From NCBI RefSeq assembly GCF_018350175.1, contig NC_058375.1, positions 12,090,001 through 12,154,000 of the forward strand: a stretch of 64,000 nucleotides of DNA. Reading direction: 5' to 3'. A program made the translations under genes and the position numbers. Under the pieces are notes generated by a model. That model saw only the letters and a list, made by a program, of their open reading frames with translations, made no database searches and was not told the DNA's origin. The stretch comes from Felis catus. Lineage: Eukaryota. How positions within the stretch are numbered: position 1 is the stretch's first letter; every line of letters begins with the position of its first letter. Shown piece after piece: positions 37,990 to 51,258 of the stretch.

Positions 37990-39115
37990 AAACTCACCAG
38001 TTTTAAGTGTACAGTTTGAAGAGTTTTAATAAAGTGGTATAACTACTACCATAATTATGACGGCACACTTCCACCTAGAAAGTTCTCTAGTGTTCCTTTA
38101 CAATCAGTGCCCACTCCCTCCCCTTGCAACTGATCTGCTTTCTATCACTACAGATTTTTTTTTACAGGATTTCATTTTTTAAAATATTAATTTTTGAGAG
38201 AGAAGAACGAGCAGGGGAGGGGCAAAGACAGGGGACAGAAGATCCAAAGTGGGCCCTGCGCTAACAGCAGAGAGTCTGATGTGGGGCTCAAACTCATGAT
38301 CCGCGAGATCCTGACCTGAGCTGAAGTCATACAATTAACCCACTGAGCCACTCAGGCACCCCTGCCCCCTTTTACAGAATTTCATATAAATGCAATCAGA
38401 CAGTGCATCCTGGGTCTAGCTTTTACCACCTAATATAATGCTTCTGGATTTCCCTCATGCTGTCGCATATATCCAGTCTGTTGCTTTGTTAAAAAATTAA
38501 ACTTTCCATTCTGAGATAACTGTAGAATCACATGCATTTTTAAGAATTAATAATGAGACCCCTCATACCCTTTACTCAATTTCCCCCAATGAAAACAGTC
38601 CCGATCTATAGCACAGTCTCAAAACATCAGCACTGATAACGGTCAAGACACAGGGCATTCGCACCCCCGAAAAGACCCCCGGGATTGCTTTATCAAAGCC
38701 ATTCCCCTCATACCTCCCCCCTTAGTCCTTCACTCCTGTAATTTTGTTATTTCAACAATGTTATATAAATGGAATCATCTAGTATGGAACCTTTTGATTG
38801 GTTTTTCTCCATTCAGCAGAATTCTCTGGAGATTCATCCAAGTCGTGTGCACCTCAACAGTAGTTTCTTTTTACTACCGAGTAGTGCTGCTTGATATGAT
38901 GGACCCTAGTTTGTTCAGCCATTCTCCCACTAGAGGACCTCGGGGCTGTTTCCAGTTTTTGGCTATTATGAGTGAAATTTAACGAGTATGTGTGAACATA
39001 TCTCCACTTCTCTGGGATAAATAAATGCCCAGGAAGGTAACTCCTGGATTCTAGGACAGTTGCCTGTCTCGTTCTTTTTACAAAATAACCAAATTATTTT
39101 CCAGAGTGGGTGGCT
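37990..39115 (-). mobile_element. Old L1 3' region remnant with an inserted Can-SINE (about 38175-38362)
   Basis: ttttaagtgtacagttt, tatataaatggaatca, tgtttccagtttttggctattatg and ttttccagagtgg motifs. Confidence 0.7.
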
Positions 39116-40026
39116 GCCTTGCCTGTGGTAGGTGGTAGAGAGAGGGAGAAAAATAAAATGCATTTAAAAAAATATCTAACTCCTTAAAAAAGAAACTTTT
39201 TTTTTTTTACACTAAAATATTGGTAAAGCTTGGACTTTCAAAAAAACTTGGGACTTTGAGGTTGTCAATTACAGCTTCATGGCCACGAAGCCTGATTTAA
39301 AAGTACTGTCTGAGGGCAACAGGCATCCAGCCGTATCAAGCTTGGTCTCATTCCCACAAAGCCTGCCAAAGGTGACCGTGGAGTCCTGCAACGGGTCCTC
39401 ACCTTAACAACTCTTTCTAATACTTATGTCTGCTTCATATCCACTCTACAAAACTACAAAGGTCTAGACTTGATCATGCAGATCTTCCCAAAAGTGATTA
39501 GGTTTTTTAGACATCATTTACAAAGTCTTATCTTGTGAACGATGTGAGCAAGAAACCACAAGGGTGCATCACAACAGAGCACCATGAGGAACCCCAAAAC
39601 ATAACTAATTCTTTAAAAAACACCTAATTTAAGTTTATTTTGAGTTAAAAACATGTTTTACACAACACTTGGAGGGATAATGGGGGGGGGGGCGGCTAAC
39701 AGGAATGAGGAGAGAAGATGCAAAAAATAAAAATTACCAGAGGTGGTTGTGGTTCTAAACTGAAGGAGTTTCCTTGTCTTGAGCTGCACTAAGAGTTAAT
39801 CCACAGGATTATGGCAGCTGTGATAAGAACAAATACATTTATGCAATAGAGAAACGTGAAAATTTGTTATGTCGGTGTTCTAGTAGAAGTAAAAAAAAAA
39901 AAAAAAAAAAAAAGGCTTTCATTCACTGAGCCCCTACCGTGTAAGAAATGTTGTACTAAACTGTCTCTAATCTTTATAACATCTCTACAAAGGGAAGTTT
40001 TATTATTCTCATTAAAAAATTAAAAT

Positions 40027-40450
40027 GGGGTGCCTGGGTGGCTCAGTTGGTTAAATGTCCAACTCTTGATTTTGGCTCAGGTCATGATCTCAGGGTTGTG
40101 GGATTGAGCCCCACCTCTGGCTCCGTGCTGAATGTGGAGCCTGCTTGGGATTCTTTCTCTCTCCCTCTGCCCCTCTCCCTGCTCATTCTCTCTCTAAAAT
40201 AAAAATAAAAAATAGGGGCTCCTGGGTGGCTCAGTTGGTTAAGTGTCCGACTTCGGCTCAGGTCATGATCTCAAGGTCTTGGAGTTTGAGCCCTGTGTTG
40301 GGCTCTGTGCCCACAGCTCAGAGCCTGGAGCCTGTTTCCGATTCTGTGTCTCCCTCTCTCTCTGCTCCCTCCCCGCTGATGCTCTGTCTCTATCTCTCAA
40401 AAATAAATAAACGTGAAAAATAAAAATAAAAATAAAAAATAAAATAAAAA
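40027..40450 (+). mobile_element. Two tandem Can-SINEs (the second inserted in the tail of the first)
   Basis: Heads at about 40027 and 40214; (TAAAAA)n tail. Confidence 0.88.
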
Positions 40451-40659
40451 TCATAGACCAAAAGAGCCAGGATTCAAATACAGGTTTCTTTGTTTTTGTT
40501 TTTAATTTCCAAAGCCCGACCTTTTACCCATTATACGTGTGGCGAAAATGCAAATCCAATGCTGAAGAGCACAAAGATAATTCCTTTTCTCAAACAAATC
40601 CAAGGGACACTGAATTCATACAATTAGTAAGATCTTGCGCAGTAGCTGGCCCAGACACA

Positions 40660-42100
40660 CTCATTTATTTGTTCAATAAATAATTACAGAGTGGCTAATA
40701 TGTTCCAGGGGCTGTTCTAGGCCCTGGGGATCAGGGCAAAACACACACACACTCTGATCCTTATGGAGCTTATGGTGACTGGAGACACACACAAATAACA
40801 TCTATAGTAATGTCAGGGGGTGCTAAGTACAATGGAGAGGGTGGCCAGGGAACTCTTCACTGAAAAGGTGACAGACAGCTAAGCAAAGACCTGAAAGAGG
40901 TGAGTAAGTAAGCCATACCCAACTCAGGGGAAGAGCAAATTGGGCAGAGGGGACACTGAGCCCAAATCTTGAGGTGAAAATGTGTTTGAGGAGCAACAAG
41001 GCAGTCAGTGTAGTTGAGAATGGAGTGAGCTACAGGGGCAGGAATGGGAGAGGAGATCGGGAAGTTAATGGGACAGCCAGATCACATAGGATCCTGTAAG
41101 GTTCTTTTTTTTTTTTTTTTAAACATTTATTGATTTTTGAGAGACAGAGAGAGGCAGAGCATGAGCAGGGGAGGGGCAGAGAGAGAAGGAGACACAGAAT
41201 CTGGAAGCAGGTTCCAGGCTCCGAGCTGTCAGCACCAAGCCCGATGCAGGGCTCGAACCTGTGAATCACGAGATCATAATCTGAGCTGAAGTTGGAAGCT
41301 TAACGGGCCAAACCACCCAGGCCCCCCCCCCCCCCACCTCTTTTTTTTTAAAGTAATCTCTGTGCTGGAACTCATGACCCGGAGATCAACAGTCTCATGC
41401 TCTACCGACTGAGCCAGCCAGGTACCCCCTAGCAAATTTCTTTAAATGCACTCAATGAGTTGTATATTTGAGATTCCAACTTTGGAGAATATTCTATCTC
41501 TCTCTTTTTAAATTAAGTACACTCTATGCCCAACATGGGCCTTGAACTCATGACTTCAAGATCAAGAGTCGTGTGCAGTACTGAATGAGCCAGCCAGGTG
41601 CCCCGACCTTGTAATGGTTTTTGCTTTTACCGTAAGATGAGAAAATACTGGTTTTGAGCAGAGGAGTGACAGAGTCAGATTTCAGCTTTGAAAGGATTAT
41701 TTTGGTTTGTGTAGAGAATCAAAGATGAAAGTGAGAAAACCACACAAGAATTACAGTATACGGTAATTAGCTAAGGGATGTTGGCAGCTTGAACCAGGCT
41801 GGTGGCTGTGGATGGTAAGAAGCGGTAAGTTTTGTTTTGTTTTTGCCTTTTTTTAGAAGTGGTAAGTTTCTGAATACATTTTAAGAAGGAACTGACAGGA
41901 TTTCCACGCAGACTGGATGTGACAGTGGGGCAAAGAGCAAGGATGACTGCAGTTTTTGGCCCAAGCCCCATGGAAGATGGAGGTGCCATCACCTGAGAAG
42001 GAAGGACAAAGCGGGGCTGTGTGTGGTGAGAGGTAGGTACTAGGAGCTGGGTTTTGGGCCAACAAAGTTTGTGATGTATTATCAGATATCCAGGTGGATA
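40660..42100 (-). mobile_element. L2 remnant interrupted by three reverse Can-SINEs (about 41105-41604)
   Basis: tcatttatttgttcaataaa L2 3' terminus; caaagacctgaaagaggtgag and gttttgagcagaggagtgac motifs. Confidence 0.65.
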
Positions 42101-42232
42101 TTAAAAAAAAAGTTTTTTAAATGTTTATTTAATTTGAGACAGAGAGAGAGCAATAGGGGTGGGGCAGAGACAGAGAGCAAGAGAGAGAATCCCAAGCAGG
42201 GTCCATGCTGGCAGCACAGAGCCGTCTTTTGT

Positions 42233-42456
42233 TTTTTTTTTTTTAATTTTTTTTTAACGTTTATTTATTTTTGAGACAGAGAGAGACACAGCATGAACGG
42301 GGGAGGGTCAGAGAGAGGGAGACACAGAATCCGAAACAGGCTCCAGGCTCTGAGCTGTCAGCACAGAGCCCGACGCGGGGCTCGAACTCACGGACTGCGA
42401 GATCGTGACCTGAGCCGAAGTCGGCCGCTTAACCGACTGAGCCACCCAGGCGCCCC
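42233..42456 (-). mobile_element. Can-SINE with 17-bp TSD ACAGAGCCGTCTTTTGT, inserted at the edge of an older truncated SINE
   Basis: TSD at 42216-42232 and 42457-42473. Confidence 0.92.
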
Positions 42457-43587
42457 ACAGAGCCGTCTTTTGTATAGGGGTAGGGAGTGTTAATATCTAC
42501 CTTATAAACTGGAGGGTCAACCTTCTAGCATAGCCCAGAAAACAATTTCTGCTTTTCAATGTTGGCAATATCATCAGTTTCTGATTAGCAGATGGGCATC
42601 CTAAGACCCGCCAGTGCTAAGAACAATGAGATACACAAATGAAAGCGGGCAGTACTTGCCCTAACGGAATTCACGATCTAGATGAAGAAATAAGGCAATA
42701 CAATTGCAGGTAATACATTACAGCTAAACATTTATAGGCAGAACTATGGTTCAGTGCAGACTAATGCATGAAAGGAATTCAGAAGAGCCATTCTACTGTG
42801 TCTTAGAGTCCGAGGCACCTGAACATCACTCAGATAATACACCAAGCTCATTTCGGGATTCTTTTGAAGTGACTTTCGTGGGTATGAATGCACATTCCTA
42901 CGAGGGGGAGTGGACAGGAGGCAGCTCTCTATTTCTCTAGCCTCAGGAGGCCCTGCAACGGCCTCACCTGGAATTATGAAACTGACCTATGAAACCAACC
43001 TTCTGCTCAACTCATTCATGGAAGAGGGACCTGAGCTTTGGAACTCGCTCTCACTGGTGGGGCTCTCACAACTTGACTGCTTGCTCAGCAACTATGAAAG
43101 GAACTGGTAAACAAGGTCATTACTACTCATCAATGCTCAGCAGATACAAACTTCAAGCTCTGATAGGCAGTCCTCCTTCCCTATCTCCCCTTTTTAGGAA
43201 GACTATAAAATGACTCATTCAAGTTCATATACAGCACATTGGAAAGAACTAGCATTTGAAGGCAGGCCGTATGCACTGTGTTATGCAGCCAGGGCTGTAT
43301 TCAAAATGAGAGAGATTCTCGTGTCAGTGCAAGAGTATTTCTGGTTCACCTGTGCCCAGATCTGGGCTAAGAGTTTTTCCCATATTATGTAACAAACAGA
43401 CAAACAAGCTGGATTTTGGTCTTAGATCTACCACTTTTCAGCTGTGATATTTTGAGCAAGTAAAAATTTTTCTCTCTGGGGCCTCAGTTTTGAAACTTCT
43501 AAAAAGGAGGTAAGAACTACTATTCGCCCACGTTGCAGGGGTTGTTGAGGAGCTGAGAGGAGGAGACAGACTTCAAAGGGATCTGTA

Positions 43588-43801
43588 GGGGCACCCGGGG
43601 GGCTTGGTGGGTTAAGTGTTCAACTTCGGCTCAGGTCATGATCTCACGCTCTGTGAGTTCGAGCCCCGCGTCAGGCTCTGTGCTGACAGCTGGGAGCCTG
43701 GAACCTGCTTCAGAATCTGTGACTCCCTCTCTCTCTGCCCCTGCCCCACTCATGCTCCATCTTTCTCTCTCAAAAATAAATAAACGTAAAAAAAAAAAAA
43801 A
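43588..43801 (+). mobile_element. Can-SINE, TSD AAAGGGAT(C/T)TGTA
   Basis: TSD at 43575-43587 and 43802-43814. Confidence 0.9.
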
Positions 43802-44419
43802 AAAGGGATTTGTAAATTCTTAGTTCCTTATGTGTGCAATGTCAATTTCCCTCCCCCTTCCAAATAAATCTTCCATTTGGAATGGAGATAATTGTGTAGA
43901 GTCCTAATACAAGGGATGTGGGGAAACTTATCACCGCAAACTGAGTAGTAAATAAGGGCAGCACCAGGCTCAGTTCCTATGGGATCCATGCCAAAACTCT
44001 GCGCTTGGTACCGTCGTAAACCCTTTACAGACAGGGACACTGAGTCAGTGTCATCCGACACTGCTTTAAGGCACCTTTCCCGCAGCCCCCCACCCCCACC
44101 GGGAAGGGCCCAGATCCTTCAGGGATCTGATTTGCCTCCATTTTCCCTTTCCTCTGCCCTTTATCAATTCCGGTCCAGTCTCTGTTTACTGAGCCCCCAA
44201 CCCTGCACCCTGGAGGAGAGACCTCGATTCCCAGCTCCCATTCCTCCCACTCCCGCAGGCCTGTGTCTTCCACAGAGGCTAGTTTGAGGACAGAGAACGG
44301 GCTTAGAGCCCAAACGTTTGGATTCGAATTCGGCTACAACAGTCACTCGCTTGCCACATGACCTTGGGCACCTCAAGACCCCCCCCCCCCCGAATACTTT
44401 CCCCTTAACTTAAAAAAAA

Positions 44420-45060
44420 AAAAATCGTCTCCGCCCTGATAAACTCCCAGGCTGCGGCGAGGCGCAGAAGGATAACTGACTGGGATGCTCCAGGACCAAA
44501 CCCGCGCGCGACACAGCGGGAGCGGGTCCTTCCACTCCCTGAGGCCTTGTCCTGTGCTCCCTCGCCCTCCTCCACGGCCCCCTCAGCGCCAGGCTGCCTC
44601 CGTGACTCTCATGCCTGCCCTCTTCCTCCGGCCCCGCAGCTCACCTGCAGGCAGGCTCCGCCAAGGGCCGTGGCCGGGAACCGGCGCCTCAAGGAGACTC
44701 CGACCGCCGCCGCCGCCATCTTGGCTCCTGACGTCAAGCCCCACCCCTTAACCCTGAGGTCGCTCTCCGCCGTCGTCCCGCCGAGCACCGCGGCGCCCAG
44801 CCGGCATCCACCGAGGCCCCGCTAGCCGGGCAGGAGCCGCCGAGTGGGAGGCGGTTCCAGTTTCCCCGGTGGGAGGAGGGAAGGCGGAGAAAGCCAACGC
44901 GAGCGTGCGCAGTTGCGCTGTGCGCGGCGCATGCTAATGAGCCTCCCGCCTTCCTAAGGTGACCTTCCCAGAAGGGAGCGGAGTCGGAGAGGGGGAGTGT
45001 TGGGATGGCTGGGGCTGAGAGGACGGCAGGGAGGAGCCGTCCGATCGGGAGTTCAGTCCG
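44420..45060 (-). promoter_or_regulatory. SDHB CpG-island promoter with a perfect CRE (TGACGTCA, 44729-44736) and NRF1-like GCGCA/GCGCATGC repeats (about 44903-44934)
   Basis: High CpG density; palindromic CRE about 10 nt upstream of the ATG; NRF1-type motifs typical of respiratory-chain genes. Confidence 0.8.
44645..44719 (-). CDS. SDHB: SDHB exon 1 (75 bp coding; MAAAAVGVSLRRRFPATALGGACLQ), succinate dehydrogenase iron-sulfur subunit, mitochondrial presequence
   Basis: aagATGG Kozak context in the CpG island; gtgagc donor; the eight exons sum to 846 nt (281 aa plus stop). Confidence 0.97.
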
Positions 45061-46894
45061 TATTTAGCCCCCTTTTCTTCCTGAAAATTTGTCAGTAGTA
45101 TCACTCATCTCTTAGTGATGAGCTTAGTGGCTTTGGTCAGACATTTGTCAGACACGGTGTTGTTTGCCCGAGACTGTCCTGGTTTCAGCACGGCTTACTT
45201 AGCCATTTAGCGGCAGAATCCATTGCTTGAACACCTGCTATACGCCTAGCGTTAGGATCCATCATCTCACTTAAGACCCAAAACAGTCTTACGGGAGAGG
45301 TCTGTGCATGAAGTCTCCACTTTGGGCATCTCAGCTGCTTTCCCCAACCTCTCCGTGGCTCATCCCAGGACCAGCCTCCCTCTGGAGGCTTGATGACCTC
45401 AGTCTTCCGAGTCACATGGTCTCCTGGGTCACCTGGGGCGTTTATGCAGGTAGTTAGCTTTCCAGGTACCTGTGTTTGTCAGGAATGATGTTTCCCTTCT
45501 CTGCCTGCTTGTTTGTGACATACGAAGGGCATCTTTTCATAGTCTTTGGTTTCCTCACAGCTCATGTACATGCGGCTGGGGAAATTAAGATGGCTAGGCA
45601 AATTGGTTTGTTGGGGCTAAGTTTCTGGAGCCCTGGGCTGGAAGCAGCCAGCTACACTGCTGTCTGATCTCATTAAAGGAGGTGTGTAGTGAGGTCACAA
45701 GAAACAGCCTGGACCCCTGCGTCTAACCTTGAATCTTCTCGAGGCTGTGTGACCTTGAACAAGTCCCTCCCCATCTCTGGCCTATAGTTTCCTTGCCTGT
45801 AGCATCAGGGTGTTGGGCCAGCTGATTTAGGGTTCTGGGATTCATGCGACTGTCTTGGGGCTCTGTCTTGGCGGTGACTATGGACAAGGCTGAGGTCACC
45901 TTGGCTTTCCACTGGGGCTGACCCAGCACTGGAATAGGGCTTCTCCAAGTCTGCCCCAGGGCCTCTTGGGCCACCCAACCTGGATGGAATCATGGGAAGA
46001 TTATCACCCTCTCTCTAACTCCTCCTGGCTGAATCGTCTTCTGAGATAAAGGGAGAGCATCCTCTCCCTCCAAGGAACGTGTTCCTAAAGAATGGGGCCC
46101 GTTGGCATTTTCACGACTCTTTCGTCTCCAAGGCCGATGCTACTCCTAGATAAGTGATAACTCTTTTACTGTACCCAGGTCACCTTGGAAAGAGCCATCT
46201 GAGGCCAGCAGAAGTGAGACCTTGATTTATGGAGGGGCTCCTGGTGCCAATGGGCCCACGCGCCCTGCAGTCACATCGTTCCTGGGCTTCATGGGGATTT
46301 GGGGAGCTCAGAGTTATGGAGGAACAAATTCCTGGGCGGCTGCACCTCCGCCCTGAACTTTGGGATTCCAGAAAGGCACAGCTGCACGGCTTAGAGGTTT
46401 TCATGGCCAGCTCCTGACAGATCTTCCCAAGGTGTCCTCGTGGTGAGAACCAAGGTTTTTTTCTTTGTCAGTTTCCATTTGTCTAGCGAGTGAAGTATGG
46501 CTTTTCAACACTTGGCTAGTCACTTTAAGTTTATGCGGAACCTCATCGCTTATAAATGTGTTTACATAAACAGTCTGCTTCGTCCTCATAACAACCCTTC
46601 CAGTTGGAATAACTCCTCCCCCCTCCCCCACCCCCATTTTACAGACTTTCTTAGTCTTTGGGTAATGAGAAAGGTGAGCAATCTGGGGTGAGAATCTTGC
46701 TTCAGGAGTGCTTTCTTTCCCAAGGGCTGGAAATCCACTCGAGAGTTAAAAATTAAACCCCAAGAGCATTGTGTTGTATCCACTGTCATTTGTACGATCA
46801 ACTCTATTTCTAGTGTCTTGTGATTTAGGGCAACCTGCACTGATTCCCCTCCCCCACCCCCAACCAGAGGGCCAAGGATTTAAGAGAGATTTAT

Positions 46895-47033
46895 TTTATT
46901 ATATATATATATATTTATTTATTAAATATGAAATTTATTGTCAAATCGGTTTCATACAACACCCAGTGCTCATCCCAACACGTGCCCTCCTCAATACCCA
47001 TCATCCACCCTTCCCGCCCTCCCACCCCCCAAA
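46895..47033 (-). mobile_element. Very short 5'-truncated carnivore L1 3' end, TSD AGAGATTTAT
   Basis: aatttattgtcaaat..tacaacacccagtgctcatccc motif; TSD at 46885-46894 and 47034-47043. Confidence 0.8.
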
Positions 47034-48428
47034 AGAGATTTATCAGGTAAGATTTAGGGGAGAAATATCAGGTAATTTTATTGCCTGGGAGAGTTATTTG
47101 TCTCCAAGAAAAACCCACCTCACCCCAATTCATCTCTGTGGTGGGACTTAGGATCTGTGCCATCCAAAATTTGGGATTTCATGCTCCTTTGACCAGTGGG
47201 CTGTCACTCTCCCTCCCTTTGTCCAGCTGTCTCCTGAGCATCTGTCTGGGTGTCCCAATGGCGTCTGAAACTCAACCTGTCCCCAATCATACATACCACC
47301 TGAGGCGCTCACATCTCTCTTTTCAGCACCATCTACCCAGTCTCTAAGCCAGAAACCTAGTGTGCACCTGACTCTTCCCCCTGCCACATCCAGTCAACCA
47401 CCAACCCCCAGCATGGCCTCCAAGGTCTCCAGGTCAGCTGCCACCTCGAGGGGTGCACAGTTGCTCCTGTGTACCAGGCCCTCTGCAGGGCACTCTGGGG
47501 ACGTTTTCTCTGTCTAGTCATTACAGCAACCCCACGAGGTAGGGATTTGTGTCCTTCATTTCAAGTTGAGGCAGCTGAGCCTCGGAGAGGGTCAACGCCT
47601 CACCTAAGTCACACAGCCGGGAGGTCAGGTCAGTATCCTCTGTTAGAGAGACGGCTGGGCTCTGGGCCTGCCACCCAAGGAACACAGTGGTTCGCGGGCT
47701 CTTGGGAACGTAGTGGCAGCTACTGTGTCTGGTCCACCTGCAGAGGGGGCCCCTGCCTCACGGAACTGCCCAAGGCTCCCTAATAGCCCTTTTCAACCTG
47801 CCCTTAGAAAGGGCTTATCTAGCCCCTCTTCCCTCCAAACCCCACCATATAATTAGACTTCTCAAAATATTCTCTCCGAGTGGGATGGGGACAATCATAT
47901 GCCACAGACTTCTCCAATTTCATGAGCAGCCTCTGTGGAACTCCCGGAGCAAAAGTCACGAGCCACTCCCAGTCCAGATGGGGCTGCGTTTCGCACAGCT
48001 GAAGTCAGCTCAGCTGCTGGGACTTAGCGAGTGGCCCAGGGCCTTCTGGGGACTGTCACGTTGCTGGGCCCTATAGCATCACACCACAGCACACACCACA
48101 CATGCACACACACAAAGAGCTCACCCACCCTGCTTAACCTCTGTCCCCCTCCTGTCTGCCTGCCCCATCACCAGCGTAGTCTCCAATTAGCAGTTAATTT
48201 GATCCTCGGGGCGTGTGTGGGTGTGTGCTTTGTAAACGCAGTACATGATGCAACTCCCTTTCCAGCCGGATCTGAAGTTTGAGCACTTCTTTCTATCAGA
48301 GACAGAGCCGTGTAAATGAAATGCAAAAAAAAGGAATCAGTGGTAAATATTCATTGGTAGTGACTATTTATTGGCTTACTGCAAACAGCTCAAGTCAGAG
48401 GGGTGAAGAAACTTAAAAGCAATTTTGA

Positions 48429-48645
48429 ATTTTTTTTTTTTCAACGTTTATTTATTTTGGGGACCGAGAGAGACAGAGCATGAACGGGGCAGGGGCAGAG
48501 AGAGAGGGAGACACAGAATCGGAAACAGGCTCCAGGCTCTGAGCCATCAGCCCAGAGCCTGATGCGGGGCTGGAACTCCCGGACCCGCGAGATCGTGACC
48601 TGGCTGAAGTCGGACGCTTAACTGACTGCACCACCCAGGCTCCCC
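48429..48645 (-). mobile_element. Young Can-SINE, TSD AAAAGCAATTTTGA
   Basis: TSD at 48415-48428 and 48646-48659. Confidence 0.93.
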
Positions 48646-49769
48646 AAAAGCAATTTTGACCTTCTAGAGAGCAAGGAGGGGGAGTGTTTAAGTCTGCCGG
48701 CCTTTGGGGGTTCAAATCCTGTTTTATCAGTCATTTGCTGTGTGACATCGAGCAAGTTACTTAGTGTCTCGGTGCATTACTTTCCTATGGCGTAAAATGG
48801 GGGGAAAGAATCATGGTCGCCTCATGGGCAGGAGTAAATGAATCAGTATCTGGAAGGAAGTGTAAGTCTTAAACTGGCAGTAGGAAGCCCAGCTGGGGGA
48901 ACGAAAGAGGCCGAAGAGAGCTGTGAATTATTAGGGAGAAGAGATTATGCTAATCAGGATGGGAAGACTGCAGCATAAATAAGATGCCAAGGGTTTCGGG
49001 CGGCTTTAAAAAATTATTTAAAAATACACACGTAATTAAATTCTCACTATGTAAAAATTTCAAGCAACATAGGTAACGTGTAAATCCCCAGAGGTGATTA
49101 GTATTGTCAATTTCAGGGATTGCTTCCCTATCTTTTTCTTTGCACGTACATACATATGTATGTTTCTATAGAAATCCACGGCTTTGCTTGGCGTTCTTTT
49201 TTTTTTTTTTTTTCTTTTAAATGCCAACATCACATGCTCTGCCTCGGAGCTCTTCCCGCATCAGTGTCCAAAATCTATTTCGTCTCCACGCTGCCAACTG
49301 TTTAAATGTAGGGATGTGCCACAGTTTGATCACTCCTCAGGTGGTTTCTTAAAAAATGATTTTCCTATTAGCTTTTAATTTTTAATTTTTATTTTTTGAG
49401 AGAGAGAGAGAGATAGAGAGAGCAAGCAAGTGCACGTGTGTGTGGTTGCATGCTTGAGCAGCCAAGGGGCAGAGGGAGAGAATCTTAGGCCCCATACTCA
49501 GCAAGGAGCCCATGGTGGGGCTCCATCTCATGACCATGAGATCATGACCTGAACTGAAATCAAGAGTCAGATGCTTAACCAGCTGAGTCAGCCAGGCGCC
49601 CCATCATCGCCATTTCTCAAACGTGTCATACATTTACATCCGGTTGTGTCTCTGCTCAGTTTGCCAGCCCTCCCTTCTCTGACCAGTCTTCCATTCCTAC
49701 ATTCATTCAAGACTCATCTTAGCCTAAATGAACACCAGGGCCACCCTTGGTCTTTCCCCAGCTGGAAAT

Positions 49770-49771
<2 letters not shown>

Positions 49772-49812
<41 letters not shown>
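49772..49812. repeat. (TG)n microsatellite
   Basis: Direct inspection. Confidence 0.95.
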
Positions 49813-49813
<1 letters not shown>

Positions 49814-49833
49814 TTCCACAGCTTTTCGTACCT

Positions 49834-50068
49834 TAAAAAAAAATTTTTTTTTAATTTTGTTTTTCAACGTTTATTTCTTTTTGGGACAGAGAGAGACAGA
49901 GCATGAACGGGGGAGGGGCAGAGAGAGAGGGAAACACAGAATCGGAAACAGGCTCCAGGCTCTGAGCCATCAGCCCAGAGCCCGACGCGGGGCTCGAACC
50001 CATGGACCGTGAGATCGTGACCTGAGCCGAAGTCGGACGCTTAACCGACCGAGCCACCCAGGCGCCCC
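49834..50068 (-). mobile_element. Can-SINE, TSD CACAGCTTTT(C/T)GTACCT
   Basis: TSD at 49817-49833 and 50069-50085. Confidence 0.92.
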
Positions 50069-50660
50069 CACAGCTTTTTGTACCTCATTCATTCCTCCAT
50101 TCGGCAAATATTTGTCAGGTGCCTGCTCTATCAATCTGCCTCCTTGCTCTCCTGTCTCCCTGACTTGGCAGTCAGTTCCTGGGGAAGGGGGTGAGCTCAT
50201 GTCTCATGCATAGGGGTTTCCAGGGAGAACAAGTATCCTGGTTTACCCAGCATGGCTCCAGTTTTCATCAGTTATCTGGGTGGGATTATTGGTAGTGCCC
50301 CCTTTTCACTCTGGCTTAGATGAAAAGATCACGCGATCACTTGAGTTTCACGCACGATAGACGCTTAGCGTAACTGTTCATTGGAAACAAGAACGGATGG
50401 TGGATGAATGAACGTAATTTGCCGCTCGCGATTTGAGATGCCGCCTTACTCTGGGCTGAAGACTGGAGAGAACGCGCTCCATCATGGAGAGGTCATTTCA
50501 ACCTGGGCTCTGTTGCCTTTGAGGGGTTTGGTTTACGGAATCCTATAATCCCCAGACAGCTTGCTTATAGGTAGTGGGGCATTCTTGTTGTAAGATTCTA
50601 AGGCAGCATTTATGAATGAAAGACGATGACCCATTGAACTGGGGTTAGGAAGCTGTTTCT

Positions 50661-50880
50661 TTCTTTTTTTTTTTTTTTTTTAACGTTTATATATTTTTGA
50701 GACAGAGACAGAGCATGAATGGGGGAGGGTCAGAGAGAGAGGGAGACACAGAATCCGAAACAGGCTCCAGGCTCTGAGCGCTCAGCACAGAGCCCCATGT
50801 GGGGCTCGAACTCACAGACTGTGAGATCATGACCTGAGTGGGAGTCGGACGCTCAACCGACGGAGCCACCCAGGCGCCCC
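50661..50880 (-). mobile_element. Can-SINE, TSD AGGAAGCTGTTTCT
   Basis: TSD at 50647-50660 and 50881-50894. Confidence 0.93.
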
Positions 50881-51258
50881 AGGAAGCTGTTTCTAAGACG
50901 AGGTAGTGCAGAGCAGAGGTTCAGCAGGTGAGCTCTGGGGTTAGATCACCGGGGTGCGAGTCCCGGTTTTGCTACTTGCGGCTGCGGAAACTCGAGCCAA
51001 GTCACTTCCTCTCGGAGCCTCAGTTTCTTCATCTCTCAAGTGGGGATGGTAAAATATCAGGCTGAACTGTACGAAATTATCCCTATTTGATCATTTTGGC
51101 CTTCAAAACGGCCTGTCATATAGTACCAGCTGGCAGCTGGCATGTAGTTGCTGCATAAGAGATAGTAGCTGTTTGCACCTCACGTCTGGTTGGGCTGATC
51201 TTTCTGCTTTCATTGCTGAACAGTTGCTTCATTGTGTTTCATTCAGAACATATTTGCC

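Noticed and set aside
44748-44807. 19-aa uORF upstream of the SDHB ATG
   Set aside because: It is present in the DNA, but it lies upstream of the CRE in probable promoter sequence, and I cannot show it is transcribed without TSS data.
44720-44830. Iron-responsive element in the SDHB 5' UTR (known for Drosophila SdhB)
   Set aside because: There is no CAGUGN-loop hairpin on the sense strand here.
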